The position numbers and the translations under genes were made by a program. A DNA stretch of 63,628 bases, the filler included, from Choristocarpus tenellus KU-1152 (lineage: Eukaryota; Protista; Phaeophyceae), in the NCBI GenBank assembly GCA_964200185.2. It is 10 parts of 10 records of this genome, joined end to end, with 100 filler letters (N's around TTAATTAATTAA, not from the genome) between each part and the next. Parts side by side here need not be neighbours in the genome. Positions count along the whole stretch, not along the records: positions 25,686 to 34,566 come from CAXNAD020004230.1; positions 34,667 to 45,480 come from CAXNAD020002695.1; 8 more parts are not named here. The stretch is one strand, 5' to 3'. Shown in pieces: positions 25,735 through 38,520 of the stretch. Numbering within the stretch: the stretch's first letter is position 1; each line of letters opens with the position of its first letter. Below the pieces are notes generated by a model that had not been told where the DNA came from, made no database searches, and saw nothing but the letters and a program-made list of their open reading frames with translations.

Positions 25735-26247
25735 AACTGGGTACCATGCCAATGTTTGGAGAACCAGCGAATCCTCTCCTTGTTGCATTCATCATGCTTC
25801 AACATTGCAGACACTTTGACCCCCTTGCTGTACACCGGGTGGTCCTCATCACTTTCAAGCACTGCTACAGGGTCACTATCTTTGTGTAGCTTCATGGTCT
25901 TGGACCTGTGGAAGACAAATTTTTCTTGCTTTCTCTTTTTATGCACATGGTGTGCTTTTGGGACTTCCATGTGTGTGCTTGCTTGTCATGGACCATATTG
26001 ACTTCTTACGTGACAATTGGTTTAATGTTTGAGGACTAGAGTCATCTGAACTTGCAAAAAGGTCATGCCTAGTATTCATTTAGAAGATGACTAGGGTGGG
26101 TCCTCACCATGGTTCCATTTATTGCGCTTCTTTTCTTGCTTTACATGTTTTGTTATTTTTTGTTTTTGTAGTAGTGAAGGTGGTGGGAGGGACACTACCA
26201 TCAGCAGAAGGGGTCTGGGGGGTTCAGTGGGAGAGTAAAGTATACTA

Positions 26248-26620
26248 TGTTCGTGGATAGTGCTGCTGATACACTATAGACACAACCAGTGGATTAGAAA
26301 ATAGGATGGAGAGCCGGTCATAGATATACCATATATGTATTGACTCACTTATGTCTATTGATTTCTGTCATGTTCAAGATACACTTGCTATACTGAAGAC
26401 GAGTAAATAAGTGATTCATAGTAAATTAGTGTGGACGATTTACAAACCCCACACTATAGGAATAGTAATGGTAGTCTACACCTGTCTCACCCCACAAGTT
26501 CAGTCAGTGGAATCGAGACCATAAGCCTCTTGTAACATCAATATTGTATATCTACACCAAGCCATTTATTGTCCTCTATCAAGGCATACAGCCGCGGGTC
26601 CAGTGTGGAATATTTCAACA
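26248..26620 (+). mobile_element. Solo LTR with 5-bp TSD (tacta/cacta)
   Basis: TGTTC...TCAACA termini; homologous to the PPT-adjacent LTR at 34182-34555. Confidence 0.85.
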
Positions 26621-26969
26621 CACTACACTAGACAAGTGCAAAGACGAATGATGCACTAAACGTACAAATGTTTCAATTAGCAACTACTACTCTGTATCCA
26701 TCTGTAGTAATGTTATAGATGCAGCTGTCGCATGTATGTTACATAATAATATTATGTGTATGTTACCAACCATCCCTCCCAACAGTAGGCCTCTATTGCC
26801 CCTCCTACCTGCCTTATATAATCAACACCAGAGGAGGGAGGTACCATAAATTTAATAAACATATTATATACATCGATACAATATCAGAGCAAGACAAGGC
26901 TATCATCCACACGGACGTCCTGCCTGCCTTCCTGTGGCTGCCTAGGGGGCTGTCTGTCCTTCACTACTC

Positions 26970-27320
26970 CTTCGATTTTCCCAAGACAATTGTGACAAGA
27001 TCAGCGGCACCTTGGCCAAATATCTCCCCAAACAGTGACCGCAACTTACTTTGGGATTTGGACAAGATTAGGTGCACCTTGAGGAAAGCAATCTCGGAAC
27101 GCAAACGAGACCTTCGTGATTTGGACATACAATGAGACGCACCTTGACGAAACACTCCCCCAAGATTAAGTGCGCCTTCGGGAAAAAAATCTCGGAACGC
27201 GAAACGGACCTTTTTTTTGCGTTTTGGACAAGATCAAGTCCTCCTCGACAAAAAAATCTTGGAATAGTCACTGGACACATTTTTGTTATTTAGACTAGGT
27301 TAAGTACACCTTGGATGACT
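26970..27320. repeat. Degenerate ~60-65-bp tandem repeat
   Basis: Recurring ttggacaagatyaRgtgcaccttg and aatctcggaacgc. Confidence 0.6.
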
Positions 27321-27523
27321 CTTAATCACAGCTTTCGGAATACCTTTAAAGGGAAAGGAGGGAAGGTTACGCAGTGATCTGAGTGAATAACTAGTGTCAT
27401 ACTTACGTTGTTTGTGGTGATACAAGTATATAAACAAGTACATATATAACATAGTTCCATATACATTTATCTTTATTTCGTATAGTACAAAGTAGTAACG
27501 TACATAGCGATATGATGAGTCAG

Positions 27524-27862
27524 TATTTATTTATTATTATCCCCTCTGACATTTCCCAGATGTGTCAAGGGGAAACCAATGAAAACTATACACATTGTCA
27601 GTATAAATAAAATGTCAAATGTGAAAGACACTGATCTATTTATTACTTCATCTATGTTGTACTACTGCCTTCCTGTGTCTTCAATCTACCTATACCTGTG
27701 CCCTGGGGGGAGGAGCTAGGGAGGCATCCCAAGAATCCAATAAACCCTTCCGTGCCCATCTCCCTGGTGATTCCAGCTTAAAACGCATGATACGTCTAGA
27801 CAGTGCCACTTGCGTAGTTACCGAGACAATTTGGCATAGCCAGATTTCACTACTCCTTTCCC
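27524..27862 (-). mobile_element. 5'-truncated CRE-like copy
   Basis: 3' UTR plus ORF C-terminus matching about 2331-2640 and 30703-31070. Confidence 0.8.
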
Positions 27863-27879
27863 AGAAGTCAGTTTTTATC

Positions 27880-28030
27880 CATATTTTGTTATCATCAGAT
27901 GTGTCAGGGGAAAAAACAATGAAAACAATTCACATGTTAGAATAACCCCTAAGAAAGTAACAATTGTCATGAGCATGAAAGACAATCTATTTTCTATTAT
28001 ACTACCAGGTATGCTACACCACTCCCTTAT
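27880..28030 (-). mobile_element. Second adjacent CRE-like 3' UTR fragment
   Basis: cagatgtgtcaggggaaaa...aataacccctaagaaagtaac. Confidence 0.7.
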
Positions 28031-29620
28031 TAACCATATGTCAGTAATAATGAATGGCTTAAGACAAATACCAACAGATAATTAATAACCAGTATATCTT
28101 TACCATGTAACCTACCAGCAGTTTCTGGCGACGAGCCTTTCCTGCACGAAGATACTCAACAGTCTTGGCAGGAGAAGAAGAAAAAGAAAGGGAGGGTAGA
28201 CGGGAATTTGAAGGCTCCATGGCTGGGAGGTGGACAGTATAATCAAGAAGTAAATGGGAAATGAGTGGCACAAGAATAAGGGAGGCAAGGAGGAGTGGAG
28301 CAATACAAAAGGTGCAAGGCAAAGGCGGAGATAAAAGGACAAGAAGGGGCACGATCAAGGCAACCTCTGAGCAATTTTTCGCACTTGCCCACCCTCTCGA
28401 TTGCTCACAATTGAGCGAGATGTTGGGGGCAGGGGGTGGTAAAGCTTGGGCAGGGTAGTTGTCTTCTTCAAAGGGACTGCATGGGAGTATATCATTGGGG
28501 GGTGTTCTTGGAATAATGTAAAGTGTTCTGGAGTGACATAGAGTGTTGTGGAGTGGTGTGGTTTGGTGGAGAGTGTTGTGGAGGAAGGTGGAGTGTATTC
28601 GAGGAAATTGATCTATTTTTTGGTGACTAGATAGCAGTGGCAGAAATTAACCGCACTGGTTGGTGGTTGAATGTCAGGAAATTGACTGGGTCGGATGTAC
28701 GGAAATTAGCTGCAGTAGTTGGTGAGTGGATAAGTGGAAATTGACCGTATTGTATGTGCAGGGATTCATCACTATCGTTGGTGACTAGATGATAACGGCC
28801 ACATAGTTTGTGGGGTATCAAGGATAATGTGTGGAGGGAAGGAAGAAGTGGTGTGACATTGGTTGGGGGGGAGTAGAGTGGATGTAACGCTAAGACGAGG
28901 CTAATTAACTAATCCAGAAATTGTGAGCAAAGCAAAATGTCCAAATACGTGTTCGATCCACCATACTGTACATTCGCGTTGATCATTAATAAATTTAAAA
29001 AATCAGTCTGATTTGAATGAATATATTACTTCTGTTTGATATATTATTTGAGATTTGAGTAGAACTTCACCAGTTGTATATTTGTTACAGGTGATATGTC
29101 TTGATGGTGGTTTCATAAACGCCATTATGACCTTGAAGTCCTAGATTTTACATATTTATTATCCTTCATGAATATTTTTTTATTACTCGGTCATTATGGT
29201 GTCTGATTGAGATAGGACATCGTTGACAACTTCGTTTTATATGATGATGATTGTTACTTATAGAGGGAATAATCGAAGTGAGAGATGCAGCATACTTGAC
29301 GACTTGAGCATCAGGAGTCCTGTACGTGCATCGGCGCCATCTATAGGCTTGTGGACTGGAGCTATACATCCAGTGAAGGGAAGCTTTGGAGCATGCTGTA
29401 ACATATTCCATAACAGGTGGGCGTTTGGGACATACGACTAGTATAACGCTGCTGCGTTGATAGATCCAAGAATCTGTAGTAGGGATATTAGCGACGGCTG
29501 GAGGTGGAGTGGTTCAAGTTACGGCCATAGGTGATTTGTCATTATGTTGTGTACAGAACGGGAAAGTTATTATACTCCATCCTTAATTATGTGTCACTGG
29601 TCTCAGGGTTGAAATTTTAC

Positions 29621-30110
29621 CTCATTTCGGTAAGTCAAATGGGAAAGCAGTCCGCTGTGAAATTTGGTTGGAAAGGGAAAATCCTTTCCAATTAACCCCT
29701 TCTTCTGGAGGATGTGGACCAAAGTATGCAAGGATAATTGGGAAGAATACGGATTGTTTAGTTTGAAAAGTCAGTCGGAGAAATATGTAGACATTTCTAG
29801 ACCCAACCACAAGACCCACACCTCATAATCCGGACATGGCACAGAGAGGATCATGTCAGAAATTGTTCTTACAAATGGGGAGGTAGGACCAGGCGAGCTC
29901 GCCCTATAAAGGGCTGGAGCAGATATCGTGTCTGGGGAGTCATCTGGGGAGACATTGACATTAAAAAGAATGTTGTAGCGATTAGTGAGCTTACTATTGT
30001 AGGGAACGAAGTGTCCATATATCATCGGCATTATCAGTGAGTCAAGACAAGAACTGTTAGCAATATTCTCTGACAGAAATGTGGCACTGCACATATCCTC
30101 AGACTCGAAA
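29621..30110 (-). CDS. Candidate exons of an unidentified spliced gene
   Basis: Open segments bounded by GT donors and cag acceptors, e.g. KKGLIGKDFPFPTKFHSGLLSHLTYRNE. No family recognised. Confidence 0.25.
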
Positions 30111-30231
30111 ACTAGGAAAGACCCTCAGTGAAAATCTCAATCGAAGATGTGCCACGAGGAAGGACCCTGAATGAGACTCTCAACTTGAGATGTGTCAACG
30201 GAGGTGTCCCCCAGACCTGCTCTTCACATTA

Positions 30232-30299
30232 GTAGTAGTAGCAGCAGCAGCAGCAATGGGAGTAGTGGAAGTGGTAGTAGTAGCAGTGGCAGTAGTAGT
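30232..30299. repeat. (GTA)n/(GCA)n microsatellite
   Basis: Direct inspection. Confidence 0.8.
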
Positions 30300-30702
30300 G
30301 TTACAAAACGCTCAGCAAGCTTACCATGATAGGATGTGCAGATCCAATCCACAAGGTTGTATGAGGGACATGTCGTCGAATATGTTGGATCTCTCGCTTC
30401 GATTGTTCACTTTATTCCTTTATGGGGGTATAAAATAGGACTTGAACATGTACCACCTCTATGTGGCATCATAATGACCAAAAAATAAATAGTCAAGAAA
30501 TACAAACATATCAAATCTAGGACTTCCAGGTCTCAATGTCGTTTTTGAAACCACCATTGAGACACATCGCCTGTGACAGTACCAGTAGTAATAGTAGCAG
30601 TAGTAGAAGTAGTGACCATAATCATAGTCACAATCAGAATAATCTTAATAACAGAATGATAATTCTATTTTATCATCTGGCGAGATGGGACATATGTGTC
30701 GA

Positions 30703-32440
30703 CTTATTTTATTATTATGCCCTCTACATTTTGCAGATGTGTCAGGGGAAAAACCAAAGAAAAAACATTCAAAAGTCAGAACAACCCCTGAAAAAGTAAC
30801 AGTTGTCGTAAATGTGAAGGCATTTTACTACCATAAATTTACCATTTTCCAACCAGCTATGCTACACCAATGCCCTCCTATGCCTCCAACCTAACTTAGT
30901 CCTGCACCCCACGGCGAAGAGCTAGGGAAGCATTCCACAAATCTAACCGGTCCCTCCTTGCCCATCTCCTTCGTGCCTCCACCTTAAGACGCATGACACA
31001 TGTTGATGGAGCTACTTGTGTTGTAACAGACACAATATGATGTAGATGGAATTTGACAATCCCTTTCCTACTGTAGCCTCCTGCCCCTCTCCCCCCTATC
31101 GTGTGCGTAGCCAATTCATCCAAAACTCTTTCTGCTTGCTTACCGAGGTGCCCAAAACTTTCCACTGCGAAGGTATTGAGGTTATAACTACGAGGGTCAA
31201 AAGAACCCTCGTAGTGGGTGCGCTTTTGTGCCTCAGCTGCAGCAGCAGCTACGCCATTGCTGGTGGATGAGTGTGGTAGATGGGAGGCTGCTTGCACTTT
31301 TGCAAACACGCATCATCTAGAAGGAGCCCTTTGTCCCCAGAGGGAGCCGATCCCGCCTCCGCAAGTGCCCCAGCACGCAAGAACATATCCATGCTGAATT
31401 TTTGGTCCACTGTGAATGGGCTACCCTCTTCCATAATGCAAGGGATGCCCATTCTTTTGCAGAGTTGACCTAGACGTTTCACCATTGGTGTGTGTTGGTG
31501 TACCTATCCTCCTGGCCTAGGACTGTTACAAGCATGTCTAGTGTCCACATTTTGCCTCCTGCACCCAGCCACTGGGCACCTGTTCGGTAGAGCCTCCACC
31601 CTCTCCAGAGATCTGCTGGCAGTGAGTCTAAATTCTATGGGGGAGATCTGGCATACTGGTTCCAGGGGTTGTGTTGAGGCCCATGTATTTTCCCCCTGTC
31701 CACACTGGCTTCGGTTTCGGGCCAGGGCTAGTGAGGAACTTTCCTTGCCTTGTTAAGCTTCATCAGGGAAAGCAGCTAATTGCGTCCGGAAAGAGTCAAA
31801 TTGGATCCTGTTTATGAGGCGGGTGATGTCATGTTGTGCCCTGCTTGTGATCCTCACATCATGGACTGCCTTCCAGAGTGCGGACCTCTGGGGCAGGTGT
31901 GGGGGTTGTTGTTCCCCTCCAGGCTACCCAAACTTGGTCAACTAATTTCCGTCAAGCCTTCTGAAGGGACTCCCGTAGAGAGGGGGGTGCGAATAGATGA
32001 TCCTAAGGTCCCTACTGTGGGGCCCATACAGGTGGCTTGTGATAAAGACTCTCCATGAGACCCTTGTTGCTTTGCTAAAAGGGTGAGTAGAGTAGCGACC
32101 AGTGATCCACAAAACCTGCATGATGGCGATGCTTCATAGAGGATAGAGACCCAACCCCCCCAAACATGTGAGCATTTGTGCCTGTACTTATTGGTATGTC
32201 TCCAGGCGGAGTGACCCATTGTCACACACCCCTTCAAAGAAGTCAGTGACTCCCACCGAGTCTGCCACCTCCAATATCTTCTCCAGCGTCCACAATGAGG
32301 TATTGTCTACTTTCTCCATGGTGGAGCGTGCCAGGTGGGAGGGAGTGACCCTTAACAAATAGCTTAAACGGGAAGAGAGGAACCAGGAGTCGAGGAGCCA
32401 GGCAACTTGTTTGTCCTCCATCTCACTGAGGTGTGTGGGC
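30703..32440 (-). mobile_element. CRE/MoTeR-clade non-LTR retrotransposon, 5'-truncated (post-RT region, Zn knuckle, RLE endonuclease, 3' UTR)
   Basis: SRLSYLLRVTP; GGLGL; MDMFL...LLLD; AAAAAEAQKRTHY...FAVESFGHLGKQA. Stops and frameshifts present. AATAATAAAATAA tail. Confidence 0.85.
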
Positions 32441-33176
32441 AGCGTTCGTTACCCAGAGCTTCCATACAAGTCTATCCCCATAGCTCAAGTTAATGTATAA
32501 TGTCAATGATTGGATGTTTCCCTCAGAGTGTCGTAAAATCAGAAGAAGTCTCTAGTTTCTTCATTGTTTGGTACCCCTTGCTTCAAGAGTGTCGAGCAAT
32601 CCCAAAGCTCTCACTTCTGTGATGTGCTATACTCCCCTTCTCCCATGTCACAGGGTGTCCTTGTTCGGCAAAACTGCAAAATGCAAGATGGAGGGATGGA
32701 CAAGACCTATGTGTGTGAAGCACATCAGGAATCGACCAACCGTAGTCACTAAGCTGACGGTTGGTGCATCTGCTAAGATACCATTAGTGGGCCTTGTCAA
32801 GTATAATATTCTGACCAAAGTACGTGCTAGAGGCTGCCATGTTGCGTGGTGTAAGCACCATCATGCACTGAGTTATTTGTTTGCCAAAGCATGTACCAGC
32901 TACATTCTATATGCTTCTGTGCGAAAAAGGTACCAAGTAGGTCACCTGTAAGTGTTATCCTTGTGGCGTATCAACGCAGTAGTATTCTGACCCCCCCACC
33001 TCCTCCCCCTCTTCTCAGAAGCTGGCAAGCAATCACTTGATCGGATCTGCCACTGATATGACTGGGCTGGAGCCGAACTTGAATTCACAAAGGAGGACTT
33101 CTTCACGTCAACGGAGAGCAAGCACATACTCGTAGAGCAAGCACGCACTTCTCCCTTATTGCTATCAGCCGAGATG

Positions 33177-34181
33177 TGTGCAAAATAGGACAATCGTAAG
33201 GTGTACCCTGTTTTGTTTATGTGAGGTATTGGCATTGGATTGAGTCCATGTGATGTAACTAATGAGATAGTACATCCTATGGAGTTTGACACTGCATTTA
33301 AACTACTCAGACATAGCCGTCGACCAACGTACGGGGCACAAAGCAATAAGAAGACACCCCACAAGGCCACTCTTCTAATTTAATCCACCCATTCTTTTCA
33401 CGTTCAGCAAAGGGTGTCGTGTGAGGCTCCACATCTTCTTGTCTTCACTACTGATCAAAAATCAATACTTTCCCAGGTTAATTGTACAGGTTTTATGATA
33501 CTTAGTAGTATGGAGACCAATCTGAAGAAACTTGCTATCTGGATGGGGACTGCAGAACGGTCATTGGAGACCTGGTCCACTTGGAGACTGTCGTTGATAG
33601 ACCACACTGGGGAAAGGGGATTATACGAGATCACAACAAGGGACTACGAAATTCCTCAAACACCCAAGTCTACTTCAGAGGCGGCAGTACACATAGCACA
33701 TGCCACCTACATTAAGAACGACAAGGCATTACGGTTCCTGTCTTATCCAAGCAACAAAAGGGTCAGCATTGGCAATTGTAGCCAGATTTGAAAACGAGGG
33801 TCGGCCGGAAGGCAGAGGGACTTGGTTAGAATTAGAAAGGGTCTACGGAGGATGCATGGAGGACGAGATGCCCGTGCAGGTCATTACACTGGAGGCAATA
33901 CTTCGAGAACTCTAGTGTGCTCCATCACAGGACAGCATGGATTTTGTAATCAAACTAAAGCGACTATTTGCCGATTTCAAGCAACTAAAGGAGCCAAAGT
34001 CGGAAAATATGAAAAGGGCAACTGTACTGCTTGGCATCAGGGACGCCATGCCATACGTGTTTGTGCAATTGAGAACGCACCCTGACATCAGCTATGAGGA
34101 GCTCAAACGGGCAATCATCTCTTCCACAACTTAAGTCCACTCAGACCAAGATGGGCACGATGGGGTATTGGTGTTGCACGG
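33177..34181 (+). mobile_element. Ty1/copia 5' LTR (33177-33488), PBS-like site and decayed gag
   Basis: TGTGCAAAAT...AATTGTACA, then ggttttatga (copia GGTTATG-like PBS). Gag-like GSALAIV...GRGTWLELERVYG and DFVIKLKRLFADFKQLKEPKSE. Confidence 0.8.
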
Positions 34182-34566
34182 CGTTGAACTATCCCACACT
34201 GGACCCGCGGCTTTTATGGTGCTTTAATGAAGGACAAAGAACAGCTTGATGTAAATGAGTAAGGTTAACATTGCAAGGGCCTTTGTGGTCTCGATTCCGC
34301 TGACTGAGCTCGTGGGTGAGACTCTATCCTTAATTACCATCATTACTCTATAGTGTGGGGTTTGTAACCGTCCACACTAATTTACTATGAATTACTTATT
34401 TACTTATCTTAAGTATAGGAAGTGTACCTTGAACATGATCTAAAACCAATCAACACTATGAGTCAGTACATATAATATATCTGTTACTGGCTCTCCATCC
34501 TATTATCTAATCCATCGGTGGTGTCTACATGTATCAGTAGCACTATCTACGAACACTCTCCCTTGC
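34182..34566 (-). mobile_element. 3' LTR (34182-34555) and PPT of a second LTR family, nested in the copia
   Basis: Reverse complement of 26248-26620; minus-strand PPT gcaagggagag abuts TGTTC. Confidence 0.85.
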
Positions 34567-34666
34567 NNNNNNNNNNNNNNNNNNNNNNNNNNNNNNNNNN
34601 NNNNNNNNNNTTAATTAATTAANNNNNNNNNNNNNNNNNNNNNNNNNNNNNNNNNNNNNNNNNNNN
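34567..34666. other. Artificial contig linker
   Basis: N44-TTAATTAATTAA-N44. Confidence 0.98.
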
Positions 34667-34880
34667 GAAATTCATTTTTTCGAGAAAGGTGGATGCAGTG
34701 GGATTGGTGGAGCGATGGAAAGCAAGACTGGTGGTACAAGGATTTCGACAACAGCCTGGAATTGACTGGCATGAAAAATTCGCACCAACAGCGCAAATGT
34801 CAATCCTGCGGATGATTCTGGTTTTGACAGCACGGTTGAGATAGGACCTGAGTATGTCAGATGCAGTCTGGGCTTTTATG
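34667..34880 (+). mobile_element. Copia RT fragment, near-identical inverted copy of ~36660-36875
   Basis: KFIFSRKVDAVGLVERWKARLVVQGFRQQPGIDWHEKFAPTAQMSILRMIL. Confidence 0.9.
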
Positions 34881-34899
34881 CAAAAGAGAGCTATTTTCC

Positions 34900-37800
34900 T
34901 GTAGAGTCTTTGCTTTATGTGGTATGGACGTATTTATTAGCGGAGTGAGCACAGCCCTCGGTGGGGGATGCTCTCTCTTATATTATTATCTATTGCGCAT
35001 GTCAGTAGACACGTCAAAAATGTGTCTGTGTCTGTCGCACTACGTCAGCCACAGTAAAAAAACTCTCATCCGAGATTCGAACCTATTACTCTAACCAAAC
35101 GAAAACTAAATGACTCAACAGTTCTCTACTACACGTCAGAAACACTCCGCTTCTAACAGTCCGCCGATTACTTCTGGTCAAATACCCCGCCTAAATATCC
35201 CGAATGTCCCGCATTATCTTCTGTGCGTACATAAAATAATACTTCAAATCATATATTCTCACAAATGATCGAGCATAATCTTGACACACTCCCCTGCTCT
35301 ATGCAGTGAGAATCAAATCAGTCCAAGAATAAAACCCAACTTGAAATCAACTCATTTTGCACAATTCGAATATTAATCCCACACATGGGCAAGCAAACTC
35401 TTGACACACTCCCCTGCTCTGTCCGTTCATCATGAATCCAATGAACTCAATCAGCACACAACCCCTTACTCACAGTGCATGATAGTTCTAGTGTGAAACT
35501 CAAACACATCACCACTCAGGGCCTTTGTGAACAAACCTCCATGTTGTTCACCGGAGTTTATATACACAATCTGTGCCTTCCCCTCCTTCACTAGGTTGCT
35601 AACATAATGATATCTGATATCTATATGTTTTGTCCTACCCCCTGAAGCTGTCTTCTCAGCCAACTTGATTGCCCCACTATTGTCTTCAAGCAATCGTACA
35701 CAATACTCGTGCACAGTCGGTTCCAAATAATATTGGACTTGCTGCAAGAACATAACCTCTTTGGCCAAACCACCCAACGACACATACTCGTCGGCCTCAG
35801 TAGTAGATAAAGCAACAGGTTTCTACATTTTTGACCACCCGCTCACACATGCACCCCCAAACAATACCACGCCACCAGACACAGAAAATCTGGAAATCAC
35901 ACAATTGGCGTAATCAGCGTCAGCATAGCTAATGAGTTGATCCCTGGGTGCATTCCCGTAAAAACTGAAATCACCATAGGTCAATCCTCTACTGCTTGTC
36001 CTCAACAGATACCCAATAACCCTCTCAACCCCCTTCCAATCCGTCACCGGAGAGGGTTTACACGTTTCATCGCTAGGCTCCTTACTGCAGATGAAACATC
36101 AGGTCTGGTCATAATGGAGGCCCACATCAAGCTCCAAACCATTGCACGATATAACCGTCTCTCACTGATCCCTCCTCAACAAACTCTTTGGTGGCTACAG
36201 CAGGAAGGTCACGGCCAGTCGTGATCCCACATTTTGTCGCCAAGTTTTTGATATATAACTGTTGGTCTATGGAAACAGTCCCCAGTCTACAATCCCTGTT
36301 TATGCGGCATCCCATAAACTGTCCCTTCTCCCCAAAATACTCCACTGGGAACTTCTTGTTCAGTCCCTGAACTATACTCAAGGCATGCTTAGACCCCTTG
36401 CTGGCCATAAGCATGTCATCTACATAAATGAGCATGATCAATACCAGTTCCCCATCCAATATCCATCTAAACACAAAAGGTTCACCCTCACATTTTTCCA
36501 GTCCTAGCTCCAGTAATGACGTCACAAGTAAAGCATTCCATTTCGTAATGCTTGTACAATCCAATACAGTGATTTCTGTAACTTCCCAACTGCCCCATCA
36601 AATTCAGTCACCACCCCCTCTGCAAGCTCCACATACAAATCTTCCTCCAGGTCTGCATTAGTGAAAGACCTGACTGCATCTGACATACTCAGGTCCTATC
36701 TCAACCGTGCTGTCAAAGTCAGAATCATCCGCAGGATTGACATTTGCGCTGTTGGTGCGAATTTTTCATGCCAGTCAATTCCAGGCTGTTGTCGAAATCC
36801 TTGTACCACCAGTCTTGCTTTCCATCGCTCCACCAATCCCACTGCATCCACCTTTCTCGAAAAAATGAATTTCATTTTGAAGACATTTGCATCAGTTGGT
36901 CTGAGAACCTGAACCCACGTGTCTTGAGCAATTAATCTATCAATCCTTAGCATAGATAGCCTCAAGCCACTCCTTAGACTCTCGAGACCCAAGCGCTTCC
37001 TTCACAGTGAGAGGTACTGGAGGCAACTCACTCGCTGGAGTATCCCCTGGCCAGCCCAGTCCCAATTCATCACCAATCATATCCTCCACCTTATATCTGA
37101 CGACAAAGGCAGTTCGTCTAGTGGTTCTCTTCCGTGCCAGAGGAGATTGTGATGGCCCCACATTATACTCCCGGAGCCGAGACAGCATCCTGGGTTCAGA
37201 GGGTCGTGACTGCCATCCTAACCCAAGCCTCCCACTCCCCTGCTGTGGAGGTGACGCAACCCTGTCCCCATTGGTTTGTTCAGAAATCCTCGTCCCAAAC
37301 CCCAATTGTTTTCTTCTGCATTACCTGAACCCATGTGTTCCCCCACATTAATGCCATCCACTATATCCTCCAAAACGTTTCCAGTCTCCTCATCACTAGA
37401 ATCCCAATTAAGCATGTTTTTATTGGTCGTCGTAAAATTATGTGTGGCTCCACTGTCCCAAATCCAAACCTCAACCCATGATGGCCTCTTGAAAGGAAGT
37501 GATTTTACCTTACTAGCAAGATAACTCACTTGATTGGTTACTGAAAACCCCGCCAGTCTTGGTTGTCCATCGCCAGCATCCAACTTTGATCCGCTTCCCT
37601 TGTTCTCGAACCATTTCTCCCCATCCGTTTTTTCTTCTTCTGGATGTTTGAAGATTCCAGACCCCTTGATGACCCAGATTTTCTTTGCGGACAATCGAAG
37701 CTTTGATGACCTTTTTCTCCGCAAACAAAGCATGTGATTCCCCCATCGATCGCCTTCAGCTTCTTGATATGAGGACACTTGGATCGGAAGTGAGGTCCAC

Positions 37801-38030
37801 CACATTCCCAACACTTTGGTTGAACACCATTGCGTCTGGATTGCCGTCCAGCCACCAGTGCGCCAGCTCTCACCCCAGCCGAGTCTGACCCTCTCTGTAT
37901 GGTGCGCAATCGATATCTTTTAAGGACTAATTTTTCCAATTTAATCCTCCCTTCCACCGACTCCTTATCATCTATCTGGGACATGATGTCCAGATACTCC
38001 TCGCCGAGTGAGGTTTTTTTTTTTTTTTCC
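34900..38030 (-). mobile_element. Decayed Ty1/copia element: gag Zn knuckles, truncated protease, no integrase, RT, RNase H, PPT, 3' LTR (34900-35286)
   Basis: CWECGGPHFRSKC and CFVCGEKGHQSFDC; WIWDSGATHNF; KARLVVQGFRQ; LIYVDDML; YADADYA; EDNSGAI...RTKHIDIRYHY. LTR reads TGTCAAG...CTACA. 5' LTR not seen. Confidence 0.93.
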
Positions 38031-38520
38031 AACCCACTCGATCTTCCGTAGTGATGGTGTCTCACTTTCTTCCCAACTGTGAAACAAGCCAATAAACAAT
38101 AGTATAGCTGGTTGTGTGGGACAACAGATCGTCAAGGACAGCTTAACATTCCACACTATTTTTCAACTCTACGAACCACATTCCACTATGGTATGTATGT
38201 TACGCTGGTTATTATTTCGGGAAGGTATTAACAATATGCTATGGATGATTTGTGTAATACAACCACCATAAGAGATGCAAGTAAGTGAAATATGTCAAAG
38301 TGACTCTTGCGACCTGCGTAATATACTCGATGGTACAGATTTTTCATAATAATTATAATATATACTTCTAGACACGCGAACAGCATGCCATATACAGGTG
38401 CTCGTTATTAACACACGCACTCAGTATCAATAGAGTGGAAAAGAACAAAAAAAAAAGGTTTCCACGCCTTGAGAGACATTTGAAGTACTATACTGTTACA
38501 GCGTGCCCCTCAGAACTCAC

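Noticed and set aside
2331-32440. All 3'-anchored CRE copies on the minus strand
   Set aside because: Contig orientation is arbitrary, the sample is small, and one fragment is on the plus strand.
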